Sequence record: PZ476263.1
Strand: one strand, 5' to 3'
Source: a phage
DNA: 64,000 nucleotides
Part shown: piece by piece, positions 16,333-25,255 of the stretch
How the letters are laid out: each line of letters begins with the position of its first letter
Numbering within the stretch: the stretch's first letter is position 1
The notes under the pieces: generated by a model
The model's input: only the letters and a program-made list of their open reading frames with translations
The model's database searches: none
What the model was told of the DNA's origin: nothing
Made by a program: the position numbers and the translations under genes

Positions 16333-16722
16333 TTATAGGCATTGTACACCATAAAGAATCAACATAGCCACCATTGCGAGTACGTAAGTTAAGCTCAGAT
16401 AAATTTGATAACCTTTGATTGTTACTTCTTTTTCAAAAGATCGGTAGTTGCTATAAATAACACCCACCCAATGAACGGCTAAAATTGCATATCCCAGATC
16501 CGAACGTGCCCAATCTGCAAGTGAGTAACTACAATACATTGCCAGACCAGATAGAAACAGTCCAAAAATAATATTCATGGGACTTCGCTCTTTTACTTTC
16601 ACGACTTGATTTTCTAACTCTTTTGATTTTACTTTGTAATAACAACTCACTAAAACTTGGACAATTGCCCCGAGAATAAAGAAAGCAAGCAGAGCTACAT
16701 ATTGTGAAGTTGGTGCAGTCAT
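16333..16722 (-). CDS. Integral membrane protein (129 aa, about 4 TM)
   Basis: Several hydrophobic spans. Confidence 0.6.
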   Translation of the reverse strand: MTAPTSQYVALLAFFILGAIVQVLVSCYYKVKSKELENQVVKVKERSPMNIIFGLFLSGLAMYCSYSLADWARSDLGYAILAVHWVGVIYSNYRSFEKEVTIKGYQIYLSLTYVLAMVAMLILYGVQCL

Positions 16723-17108
16723 TAAATATCCCCTTCTAAAATATCGTTGATAAGATCTAAAATTTCAAGTTCTGAATTACCGTTGGACAAAATCATATTG
16801 AGTCTTTGCACAACTCCGTCTCTAAACATCACATGATTAATTTCCCCTTTACCTCTTAAACTACTCACCATCTGTTTGTATCGGATGTGTTCAGTATATT
16901 CTTCTTTAGACATCGTTGTCAATGCATTTCTGCTGTTTCTTAAAAATACTTTTCCAGTATCCCAATCAAACCCTTGCCGGACGTAATCAACCGTAACAGC
17001 TGAGTTAGCTCCTATGGTTACTGTCCCGCTCTCAACAGGGATAACCACTTCAAAGTCTTCATTCACCGTACCTAACAGATCTCTCAATTCTCTTACTTTC
17101 ATAGTCAC
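16722..17108 (-). CDS. Hypothetical protein (128 aa)
   Basis: Intact ORF abutting its neighbours. Confidence 0.6.
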   Translation of the reverse strand: MTMKVRELRDLLGTVNEDFEVVIPVESGTVTIGANSAVTVDYVRQGFDWDTGKVFLRNSRNALTTMSKEEYTEHIRYKQMVSSLRGKGEINHVMFRDGVVQRLNMILSNGNSELEILDLINDILEGDI

Positions 17109-17542
17109 CCCTTCAATTTCATCTTTTTAAATTCATATACAAACCTTTTTTCTTGTGGTGTAAGTTCTTCATTTCCGATAACCTCACCCTCCTTGTTTAC
17201 ATAGGTGTTCCAAAGCTTCTCTGGCAAAACAAAAGCGATTGCGGTAAGAGCGCCGTTCAATGCATGTTGTTCCTCATGAAAATATGTAAAGGGGATTTCA
17301 TCGGCAATAGGTAAAATAAATTCATCAGTAAAATCATACATTGCCTTCTGATACCCACCATTCAATAAAATCATAGTTTCATCTTTAGTTACCCACTGCT
17401 TCATTAATTTAACTCGGCAGTCGTCAGGATCAACATTTGTTGAATAATTGTGTACCAGCCGACATGCTGCATGGGCTGCTTGGATACCTGCCTGAATACC
17501 AGAAATGTATTGGTTAACAATCACGTACATACGGCTCTTCAT
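17105..17542 (-). CDS. Possible PTH2-like (peptidyl-tRNA hydrolase 2 fold) protein (145 aa)
   Basis: MYVIVNQ..SGIQAGIQAAHAA...LMKQWVTKDETMILLNG resembles the PTH2 pattern V.V.R.DL.MGKGK.AAQ..HAA...W......KVVL. Confidence 0.35.
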   Translation of the reverse strand: MKSRMYVIVNQYISGIQAGIQAAHAACRLVHNYSTNVDPDDCRVKLMKQWVTKDETMILLNGGYQKAMYDFTDEFILPIADEIPFTYFHEEQHALNGALTAIAFVLPEKLWNTYVNKEGEVIGNEELTPQEKRFVYEFKKMKLKG

Positions 17543-17553
17543 TTCACCTCCTC

Positions 17554-17898
17554 TTACTTAACACCAAAAAGTCGTTTAGAAAAACTGCCAGACTTAAACA
17601 AATAGTTGAACAAAACTATCAAAGAGTAAATAGTCCATACAAAAACATAAGTGAAAACTAAAAATCCCCAAGTGAAAGGCCAAAATAATGCATAACCTAC
17701 AGATTTAAACAGTAGAACATTATAATCGCTTTCCGTCAACTGGTCCTCTTTTAATTCTTTAAAGGCAACGATCGGTTCACCTGGTGGCATGATCAATTGG
17801 AAACCTTTTAGGCGTGCACGTACTAGAGCGATATAAAACACATTCAAAAATAATGCAATGGCAAAATAAGCCGTAACATACGTGGTGATATCATTCAT
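17554..17898 (-). CDS. Membrane protein, paralog of 17909..18235
   Basis: Shared FWPF(T/G)W(G/A)FL motif and TM layout. Confidence 0.6.
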   Translation of the reverse strand: MNDITTYVTAYFAIALFLNVFYIALVRARLKGFQLIMPPGEPIVAFKELKEDQLTESDYNVLLFKSVGYALFWPFTWGFLVFTYVFVWTIYSLIVLFNYLFKSGSFSKRLFGVK

Positions 17899-17908
17899 AT
17901 TCTTTCCC

Positions 17909-18235
17909 TCAATTATCTTTCATGTTAAATATTTTTCTTGCTAATTTTTCATTACCGATAGTAATTTGCCATAACCGGATTAGAAGAGTTAGCGCACAAA
18001 CTATCAGGTAGAACAAAATCAAGAAGGCCCACCCGAAAGGCCAAAATACTGCCATCACTAGCCACCCAATCATCAAGGCATTCCAATTAATCCTCCCCCT
18101 ATTTAAAGGGTCCAATAGATTACCACCATTCTTTGCAGGTAAAGGTATATAAAACCCACATTGCCGTAATTTTATTAAAATGAACCACACACCTGCACTT
18201 ATAATAACCCCTAAAAAATAAACTAATATGCTCAT
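17909..18235 (-). CDS. Membrane protein, paralog of 17554..17898
   Basis: AVFWPFGWAFLILFYLIV. Confidence 0.6.
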   Translation of the reverse strand: MSILVYFLGVIISAGVWFILIKLRQCGFYIPLPAKNGGNLLDPLNRGRINWNALMIGWLVMAVFWPFGWAFLILFYLIVCALTLLIRLWQITIGNEKLARKIFNMKDN

Positions 18236-19506
18236 ATTTCTTTCTCCTCCTCTTCTTTCAGTTTTAATTTTATCTCGGCAAGTGCCTTCTTAACATAACC
18301 TACTTTGAGGTCCCTTACTTTTGAACGAATAACTTCTGGTCGTCCTTTGAATTTTTCAGCGATATCTTTACTCTCTTCAGAGATAGCTACACTGTTTTGA
18401 GTAATCCCTGCCAGTGCTGAATATAATACTTCAACAGAGTCGTACTTGTCAAACATTTTTTCTTCCCCACGTCCTCGTGCATCACAAAGACAAGCCTCTG
18501 CAAACTTCCCAAAAAATTCTTGGTCTTTTTCTCCACGTAGCCGATAGATAAGGTCATACACGGAGGTTGCTTTCATATCTTTGATTCTATGCATACGTGT
18601 ATGTTCTTCGGTCACAATCATGGCAAGCTTTTTCCAACTATTTGGAACACCCATACGATCACAAAGTTCTTCAACAATCGGAACTCCGTATTGTTCATGA
18701 CCATGAAGCTTTTTATCTCTCCAATAAATACTCTTCCCTAGGTCATGACAAAGAACAGCCCACTTAACATCCGGCGGTGACATGATCTTTTGAGCGTAGT
18801 CCAAACACAAAAAGGTATGGATCAGTGCGTCACCTTCTGGATGGTGTTTCTTCGGCTGCTCAACATAATGAAGATTGAACAGCTCAGGAAATTCACCAAG
18901 TCCTGTCAAGAAGCGGAACATAAGGCTAGGCTTATTCTTCTCAGAGTTATCCATGAGACATTTATTAATCTCTGCCCACTTGCGTTCTTTTGGTAGGTAC
19001 TTAACTTGAGCATATCCATTAAAACATGCAGTTAAAGTATCAGGGTGGATACTGAAATCATCACCATATCGAGCATATAACCTTGCAAGTCGATAAATAC
19101 GCAAAGGGTCTTCTTGGAATGCAGTTTTGGAAACACACCGCAAAGATTTTTGCTTTAGGTGCTCAATACCTCCAAATGGATCAATATACTCACCTGTTTC
19201 GAGGTCTTTTGCAATAGCGTTGATAGTTAGGTCGCGTCTTTCCAAATCTTGTTCGATAGTCACATCTGGAGAAAACACAACTTCGAAATCATGATAGCCA
19301 GGTCCTGTTGATTTTTCAGTACGGGCCAGTGCATATTCTTCTTTTGTTAACGGATCAAGGTATACAGGAAACGCCGCCCCCACTTTTGTAAATCCCTTTG
19401 CGATCATTTCTTCATGGGTTGAGCCGACGACAACATAATCTCGGTCTTTACTTTCAACACCCAGAATCTCGTCACGTACTGCACCACCAACTAAATAGAT
19501 TTTCAT
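18232..19506 (-). CDS. cca: CCA-adding tRNA nucleotidyltransferase with a C-terminal HD domain (424 aa)
   Basis: N-terminus MKIYLVGGAVRDEILGVESKDRDYVVVG matches bacterial Cca. HD motif HHPEGDALIHT. Confidence 0.9.
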   Translation of the reverse strand: MKIYLVGGAVRDEILGVESKDRDYVVVGSTHEEMIAKGFTKVGAAFPVYLDPLTKEEYALARTEKSTGPGYHDFEVVFSPDVTIEQDLERRDLTINAIAKDLETGEYIDPFGGIEHLKQKSLRCVSKTAFQEDPLRIYRLARLYARYGDDFSIHPDTLTACFNGYAQVKYLPKERKWAEINKCLMDNSEKNKPSLMFRFLTGLGEFPELFNLHYVEQPKKHHPEGDALIHTFLCLDYAQKIMSPPDVKWAVLCHDLGKSIYWRDKKLHGHEQYGVPIVEELCDRMGVPNSWKKLAMIVTEEHTRMHRIKDMKATSVYDLIYRLRGEKDQEFFGKFAEACLCDARGRGEEKMFDKYDSVEVLYSALAGITQNSVAISEESKDIAEKFKGRPEVIRSKVRDLKVGYVKKALAEIKLKLKEEEEKEI

Positions 19507-19835
19507 ACTTTTTCCCCTCTTAAATTTACAGACCAGTCATCTACTTGATTTTTCCAGTCATCGTTTAATCTTCTAACCACTTTTTCACCACGTATGTACA
19601 TTAACAGATCCACAGGGTGCTTGTCAATAAAAGACACTTCATATTTTGGGTCATAACTCATGGAGAGCATTCGGATGATCCGGCTATGTTCTAAAGCCCC
19701 ATCTTCCTTTTCTACACTGATAACCTCATACCCTTCCCATGATTCTTTTATGTATATGATTCTACAAGCTACATCGTAGCCTCTTAACTCACCACGAGAA
19801 CTGAACACAGGTTTATATATTAAATGATATTTCAT
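19503..19835 (-). CDS. Hypothetical protein (110 aa)
   Basis: First ORF after the promoter at 19860-19887. RBS GAGGAG. Confidence 0.6.
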   Translation of the reverse strand: MKYHLIYKPVFSSRGELRGYDVACRIIYIKESWEGYEVISVEKEDGALEHSRIIRMLSMSYDPKYEVSFIDKHPVDLLMYIRGEKVVRRLNDDWKNQVDDWSVNLRGEKV

Positions 19836-19859
19836 GTTGTCTCCTCATTTGATGAAATC

Positions 19860-19887
19860 ATTATACACCATCATAAAAATAAAGCAA
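19860..19887 (-). promoter_or_regulatory. Sigma70-type promoter TTGCTT-N16-TATAAT
   Basis: -35 at 19882-19887 and -10 at 19860-19865 on the minus strand. Confidence 0.55.
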
Positions 19888-19888
19888 C

Positions 19889-19912
19889 AAAAAAGGCCAC
19901 CCGAAGGTGACC
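19889..19912 (-). terminator. Rho-independent terminator GGUCACC-UUCG-GGUGGCC-U6
   Basis: 7-bp stem, UUCG tetraloop and T6. The same 18-mer occurs at 61171 on the plus strand. Confidence 0.8.
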
Positions 19913-19919
19913 TTTAAAT

Positions 19920-20429
19920 TTAAGGATTTACCCAATAGAAGGGCTTATCCAATCCTAGTTTTCCCTGCTTATCCCAAACGAAATAGGCATAAGCTGCACC
20001 ATCTGTTTTACCGTTATCGGTAAACGATGGACGCTTTGAAAGAGTGATCAAGTGATCCACCGGATACTTTTTCCAAAACTCAACTCGCTTTGTACTCTCA
20101 AGAAAACCTAAACGAAGTAACATGATAATCACATCAGCATCTTCATGTGCTTTCTCTACAAACTCCTGAGCCAAACAGTAAGGAGGGTTCGTAATAATGC
20201 AATCTACACGATTGTATTTTGTAGAAAGGTAATCAACACCTTCACGAATCTCTCCCCACGCAGAACCGATAGGTAATTCATTGTAGAATCTTCCAGATGC
20301 TCGGCAAGGTTCCAGATATGTCCAGTCATTTCTAATCGGTACGATATCTAAAAGGCAATCAACTGCCCACTCCGGAGTTTCATAAAGATCATATGCATTT
20401 CGTTCTGCTTTCGGCTTCAACGCTGCCAT
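19920..20429 (-). CDS. DNA N6-adenine methyltransferase, small gamma-type (169 aa)
   Basis: Motif I-like LEPCRASGRF lies upstream of motif IV IITNPPY. Confidence 0.7.
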   Translation of the reverse strand: MAALKPKAERNAYDLYETPEWAVDCLLDIVPIRNDWTYLEPCRASGRFYNELPIGSAWGEIREGVDYLSTKYNRVDCIITNPPYCLAQEFVEKAHEDADVIIMLLRLGFLESTKRVEFWKKYPVDHLITLSKRPSFTDNGKTDGAAYAYFVWDKQGKLGLDKPFYWVNP

Positions 20430-21280
20430 TACTGATTAACCCCCTTTTTGATTTCAGTGATAAGAGTATCGATAGCTTCTTCCCAATTCAACTCATTCAG
20501 CTGAAGACCAAAACACTCCCCGATCTCATCGATCTCTTCTAAAGTGTACTCATTGAAGTCTTTAGGGTTAATGTCGAAAATGTTGAAGGCTTTTGTATAT
20601 CCGCAGTCCAGTTCAATTGTAAACGAACCTTCGAGAGATCCTTCTTTTTCTTCAGTAACTTCAGGACTCGGTTCGACTGCCGTTTCAACTTGTGACTCCT
20701 CCTGTTCCTCGACTTCAATCTGTTTTTTAATGATCTTGTCTTCTTGTTCAAGACGTGCTTGCATTTCTTCATGATCGAAATAGATTTCACCAGACCGTTC
20801 AAACAGCTCGGCAATTTCTTCAGGTGTCATGATGTTTTCATACATCGGCAGATATTTCTTTTTAAACAGTTTACGATAAAAATCTGTACGTGTCACCAAA
20901 TGGGCCATATCACCACCAAAACCCAACTGAACGTTGTGGAACATGTAATAAGAACCTGGACGACAGATTCGAACATGCCCTGCTAAGAAAATACCCGTTG
21001 CAGCACTTGCAACTTCACCGATCCCGTGGGTAACCACTGTTGCTTTACTTTCAGAGATGGCTGCGATGTACATGTCTTCTACATTACACAAACCGCCGCA
21101 GGATGTTACATAAAGATTAATAATGTCACCTTCCGGCGCTGTACGGATCAGGTCTACAACTTCGACATGTTGATTTGGTGAATCACCCAACTCAGTTACA
21201 TACACACGCCATTCAGTAGAGGTATGTGGAGTTGCCCAAATGTTACTCTTTTGCGGTAAAGTCATTTCCATCTCAGACAT
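20429..21280 (-). CDS. ClpP/S14-like serine protease with an acidic C-terminal extension (283 aa)
   Basis: INLYVTSCGGLCNVEDMYIAAI...GEVASAATGIFLAG...YMFHNV aligns with the ClpP Ser and His regions. Confidence 0.6.
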   Translation of the reverse strand: MSEMEMTLPQKSNIWATPHTSTEWRVYVTELGDSPNQHVEVVDLIRTAPEGDIINLYVTSCGGLCNVEDMYIAAISESKATVVTHGIGEVASAATGIFLAGHVRICRPGSYYMFHNVQLGFGGDMAHLVTRTDFYRKLFKKKYLPMYENIMTPEEIAELFERSGEIYFDHEEMQARLEQEDKIIKKQIEVEEQEESQVETAVEPSPEVTEEKEGSLEGSFTIELDCGYTKAFNIFDINPKDFNEYTLEEIDEIGECFGLQLNELNWEEAIDTLITEIKKGVNQ

Positions 21281-21281
21281 A

Positions 21282-21767
21282 TTAAATACCTCGCTCGTTA
21301 AGTAAATTACGGATGTTCGGTGCGTTTTGTATTACCCATTCTACTACAACAGAATGATCAGAGTCAACAATTACTTCGTGGTGACGCTTAAACATATCAA
21401 GAATCTTTTCTGCTTCTTTAACGTAACGTACTGCACGATCAACAAGAATCAGTTCATCCTTATCTTCTTGAGATACAGGGCATAACTCAGAAGGCACTGT
21501 TATTTCAGAAAGATGATTTACCAGCTCATCCCGATTACTGAACATAATGTCGACTTCTTGACTGATCGGGTAGGATCCGAATGTTAAGATTTTATCCAGC
21601 CAACTTTTATTTTCCTGCTTAAGAAGACGAGCGTCTTTAATTTTGTAACGCAGAGAAATAAACACCTGATTTGCGAGTCGCTCTAGTCGTTCAATTTCTA
21701 GAATACCGCAATTTTTTAACATCATCAATTTACGATGCTCGACTGTACCAAACATACCTTTATCCAC
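21282..21767 (-). CDS. Hypothetical protein (161 aa)
   Basis: Intact co-oriented ORF. Confidence 0.6.
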   Translation of the reverse strand: MDKGMFGTVEHRKLMMLKNCGILEIERLERLANQVFISLRYKIKDARLLKQENKSWLDKILTFGSYPISQEVDIMFSNRDELVNHLSEITVPSELCPVSQEDKDELILVDRAVRYVKEAEKILDMFKRHHEVIVDSDHSVVVEWVIQNAPNIRNLLNERGI

Positions 21768-21776
21768 TAAAACCCC

Positions 21777-22127
21777 CTAGATCGCAACTAAATATTTAAA
21801 TGTACCATTCTCTCGACTTAATTCAAAAATAACATAGAACCAAACATCATGCCCTGATTCGTTTTCGACTAATACGCGATCACCTTGTTTTAATTCTATT
21901 CCTGAAATGTACTCTTGAGATTCTGTAAAATAACGCCAACGAGACATTTCTTTAAACGAACAGATTAGTTCGCATTTCCCATCTACTGACCAAAGATCTT
22001 GGTTTACCCAATTACCAACCACAAACTCATTAGACTTCTTATACTTACCCAAGGAGTACACTGAATTTAATCGTTTAGCCTTTTCTGATTCCACGTTTAT
22101 TCTCCATGTTTTGTAAGAATGTTTCAA
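21777..22127 (-). CDS. Hypothetical protein (116 aa)
   Basis: Intact ORF overlapping the 3' end of the upstream gene. Confidence 0.55.
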   Translation of the reverse strand: MKHSYKTWRINVESEKAKRLNSVYSLGKYKKSNEFVVGNWVNQDLWSVDGKCELICSFKEMSRWRYFTESQEYISGIELKQGDRVLVENESGHDVWFYVIFELSRENGTFKYLVAI

Positions 22128-22698
22128 GGACGGACAAGTTCTCTTCTTTCCACAGATTCAGAGTACGTATCCCATGCTTTTTAGCCATATTCACTGCGGA
22201 GGCTGTTCCGCCTAAAGCGTTACCGCTTCTTGTTTCTTTAGCGTAGTATATAACAAACTTACTCGATGTCAAGTAAGCATTTGACAAATCTGCACCAAAT
22301 ACTTGGTGAATATTACGCTCATGCAATTTTCTAGCTCCTTGACTCAACCTCTCCCAGCCACCATGTACTTCTTTAACCCATTCCCATCGCATCTCTTTCA
22401 TTTCAGGATTTAATTTGTCCAAGGTATCTAAATCGATATTGTAAATATCGAGAAGTCCTTCACCACCTTTAAAATTTTTCCAAGGTACATAAATTTCAGC
22501 TATTGTTTTTGGTGATTGGGTCATATTGCAATCCTTATGGTATCTTTGAGCACCCCTTTGAAATGCTGCATCTGCACCATTTGCTCCACCGGATCTCAAT
22601 ACTAAGCCAATCCTTGCTAAACGATAACCTGTATCCTCCATTATGTCAATTACATTTGGAGGTGTTTCTCTTGACCCTATTCCTGTATAAGCTGCCAT
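22075..22698 (-). CDS. SLOG/DprA-like Rossmann-fold protein (207 aa)
   Basis: GIGSRETP...LRSGGANGADAAFQRGA...GGTASAVNMAKKHGIRTLNL. Confidence 0.45.
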   Translation of the reverse strand: MAAYTGIGSRETPPNVIDIMEDTGYRLARIGLVLRSGGANGADAAFQRGAQRYHKDCNMTQSPKTIAEIYVPWKNFKGGEGLLDIYNIDLDTLDKLNPEMKEMRWEWVKEVHGGWERLSQGARKLHERNIHQVFGADLSNAYLTSSKFVIYYAKETRSGNALGGTASAVNMAKKHGIRTLNLWKEENLSVLETFLQNMENKRGIRKG

Positions 22699-23169
22699 TT
22701 AATCAACCTCCCAACCATATGAAGTTTTTCTCCATAACCTCTGATTATCAGATCCACGGAATTTCTTCTCAGTGGGATTATCTTTTTCAAACTTACCGTC
22801 TATTATTACATCTGTCAAAATTTTAATTTCTTCAGGTATGTTTTCAAAAGTGTATCCCGTCCATAAATAAATATCTTTCGAACCTCCAAACTTCTTCCTT
22901 ACCGAATTTAAAATATCAATAACAAATTCGATATTTTCTGAGTCGAGAGGCTCACCACCCAAAACTGAAAGACCTTTAATGAATGGTCGGGATAAGTCTG
23001 CAAGTAATTTTTCCTGGTCCTCTTCTGTATATAACTTACCGGAAGTATAGGACCAGAATTTTTTATTAAAACATCCCTTGCATTTGTGGCTACACCCACT
23101 AACCCATAAAGACGTTCTAACCCCATCCCCATTTATGAGGTCTGTGTTTTCGTAGCCACAAATATTCAC
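22699..23169 (-). CDS. nrdG: Anaerobic ribonucleotide reductase activating protein (radical SAM)
   Basis: SGCSHKCKGCFNKKFW cluster. 4-nt overlap with nrdD. Confidence 0.85.
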   Translation of the reverse strand: MNICGYENTDLINGDGVRTSLWVSGCSHKCKGCFNKKFWSYTSGKLYTEEDQEKLLADLSRPFIKGLSVLGGEPLDSENIEFVIDILNSVRKKFGGSKDIYLWTGYTFENIPEEIKILTDVIIDGKFEKDNPTEKKFRGSDNQRLWRKTSYGWEVD

Positions 23170-25253
23170 CGATGCTTCTCCCTTTGTAAGACTTCTTGCA
23201 TTTTACCTTTATTATAAGGTCTTGAGTTAGGTGCTGACAAATATCCAGATACCCGTCGAATCACCGATATCGTCCCTTCTTCATTGTTTCCACAACACGG
23301 ACATTCAAATCCTTTAGCTGTAGCATTGAACTCCCCAGAGAAATTACATTTAAAACACTGGTCTACTGGTTGGTTAATCCCGAAGTAAGGAATAGTATCA
23401 TAGCCGTAATCGATCAAAGTTTCAAGAGCTTCCATATTATTTTTCAAATTTGGAGTCTCCACGTAGCCAATATTGCCACCGCTACTGATTGTCGCAAAAC
23501 CTTTCTCATAATTCCACTTGCTGAAAGGATCAGACAGTTCCCAAACAGGTAAATGAAAAGAGTTCGTCAGGTAATCCCTGTTCATTTCTTCAGGGAACTT
23601 CTCTTTCAGTTTTGTAGCGAAACGATAGCATAAGCTTTCAGCAGGCGTACCGTACAGACTAAAAGATAAACGAGAACGCTCTTTAAACTCATCACATTTT
23701 AACTTCATATGATTAAGTACCATAATCGCCAACGTTTTATCAAGATCTCCGGTTACAATCTTTATAGCTTCTGCAAGACCGACGTAACCTATACTAATTG
23801 AGGCATACCCATCATAAAACAACTTACCGATCTTTTCTTCAGGCTCTAATCGGGAAAGTGCACCCTCTACAAAAAGTGTTGGGTTCTGCCCTGCTTTTAC
23901 ATCCTTTAAGCGATCAACCCGAACCATTTGAGCTTCATATGCCTTTTCCATATGCTTATCTAACGATTCATAAAAATCACAGCCGATAGTTTTAGATTCT
24001 GCTGCAATTAAAGGTAGGTTTATTGAAACAACCCCCAAATTAAAACGTCCGTCGTATTTTTCTCCGTTATCTGTCGTAAATTTTGACAGGAAGCTCCTAC
24101 ATCCCATGCTTGTTACCTTACCTTCTGTAGAACCCGTAACTTCTTTATTTAAAGGAACCGAAATAAAATCAGGATAGATTCTTTCAACACAACAATCCAT
24201 CGCCAACTTCTTAAGATCGTAGTTCGGATCTTCAGGTTTCATGTTCACACCATCTTGAAGGAAGAAAACTACCTTCGGAAAAACAGGTGTTACACGATCC
24301 TTTCCCAAGCCCCCAACATGAACCTTAAAATAGTTCTTAGTTATCATCCTACCAAAAACAGAAGTGTCTAAACCCAGACTAATAGTTATAAAAGGAGATT
24401 GACCGTTAACACTCATCAACGTATTTACTTGATACAACAATGTTTGCATCGCATCGTAAACGTCACGATCCGTCATTTCCATTGCTTTATCTTTATCTAC
24501 CACTCCGATATCTTCGAGTAGTTTTACGTTCTTCTTATAACTCATTTCTGCGTATTGCTTAAGCCCTTCATCGATATGGGCACAAGTTTGTCCACCATAC
24601 TGACTAGAGGCAACAGCTTGGATTATCTGGGTAAGTACAGTTGTTGCAACACCGATAGATTTAGGCTTTTCAATCTTTGCATTACCAATCTTAAATCCAT
24701 TTTCCAACATGTCGCGATAATTAACAAGGCAACAGTTTGTCAGTGGACTGATCAGGTAATCCAAATCATGAATGTGACCGTAACCATCATTGTGCCAAGC
24801 TGCAAGGTCTTTCGGTAAGATCTGACTTGTTGCTACATGCTTACTTAGGATACCTGCTAAAAGATCACGATGACTATTTACCAAGTTCGCTGGCTTGTTT
24901 GCATTTTCTCTCGTAAACTCTTCTGCGGATTGATCAAGAAATCCAGAGATATCTGAATAAAGTTTACCTTTACCTTCTCGATAGCTATCACGATCATGTC
25001 GATATTCAATATATTTTCGTGCAGCATCACGAGTCACCTTTGAACTCATCATGATATTCTCTACAGCTGTATGAATACTTTCTACAGAGATTGTATCATT
25101 ACCTTCTAATGACTTAACCACTTTTGCTGTAACGTTATTTGAAATCTTTTCATTTTTGATTTCACCTGCTGAAAAAAGAGCGGCCTCCACTGCCGCTTTA
25201 ATTTTCAAACTATCAAATGCTTCCTTGCAACCATCCCTTTTTATAACATTCAC
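23166..25253 (-). CDS. nrdD: Anaerobic (class III) ribonucleoside-triphosphate reductase
   Basis: N-terminal ATP-cone MNVIKRDGCKEAFD. Zn-ribbon CFKCNF...CPCCG. Glycyl-radical motif RRVSGYLS. Confidence 0.9.
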   Translation of the reverse strand: MNVIKRDGCKEAFDSLKIKAAVEAALFSAGEIKNEKISNNVTAKVVKSLEGNDTISVESIHTAVENIMMSSKVTRDAARKYIEYRHDRDSYREGKGKLYSDISGFLDQSAEEFTRENANKPANLVNSHRDLLAGILSKHVATSQILPKDLAAWHNDGYGHIHDLDYLISPLTNCCLVNYRDMLENGFKIGNAKIEKPKSIGVATTVLTQIIQAVASSQYGGQTCAHIDEGLKQYAEMSYKKNVKLLEDIGVVDKDKAMEMTDRDVYDAMQTLLYQVNTLMSVNGQSPFITISLGLDTSVFGRMITKNYFKVHVGGLGKDRVTPVFPKVVFFLQDGVNMKPEDPNYDLKKLAMDCCVERIYPDFISVPLNKEVTGSTEGKVTSMGCRSFLSKFTTDNGEKYDGRFNLGVVSINLPLIAAESKTIGCDFYESLDKHMEKAYEAQMVRVDRLKDVKAGQNPTLFVEGALSRLEPEEKIGKLFYDGYASISIGYVGLAEAIKIVTGDLDKTLAIMVLNHMKLKCDEFKERSRLSFSLYGTPAESLCYRFATKLKEKFPEEMNRDYLTNSFHLPVWELSDPFSKWNYEKGFATISSGGNIGYVETPNLKNNMEALETLIDYGYDTIPYFGINQPVDQCFKCNFSGEFNATAKGFECPCCGNNEEGTISVIRRVSGYLSAPNSRPYNKGKMQEVLQREKHR

Positions 25254-25255
25254 TA

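Noticed and set aside
16121-16342. 73-aa Cys-rich ORF overlapping the start of the RlaP-like gene by 120 nt
   Set aside because: It has no Shine-Dalgarno sequence, it reads through a GC hairpin, and it overlaps the well-supported start (GGAGG RBS) of 15115..16242. A short real zinc-ribbon peptide cannot be excluded.
22908-23132. 74-aa same-strand ORF nested out of frame within nrdG. Similar nested ORFs lie at 4057..4278, 15477..15665, 20539..20814, 28063..28326 and 35694..35993.
   Set aside because: They are alternative-frame ORFs inside genes with clear motifs. They have no independent signals.
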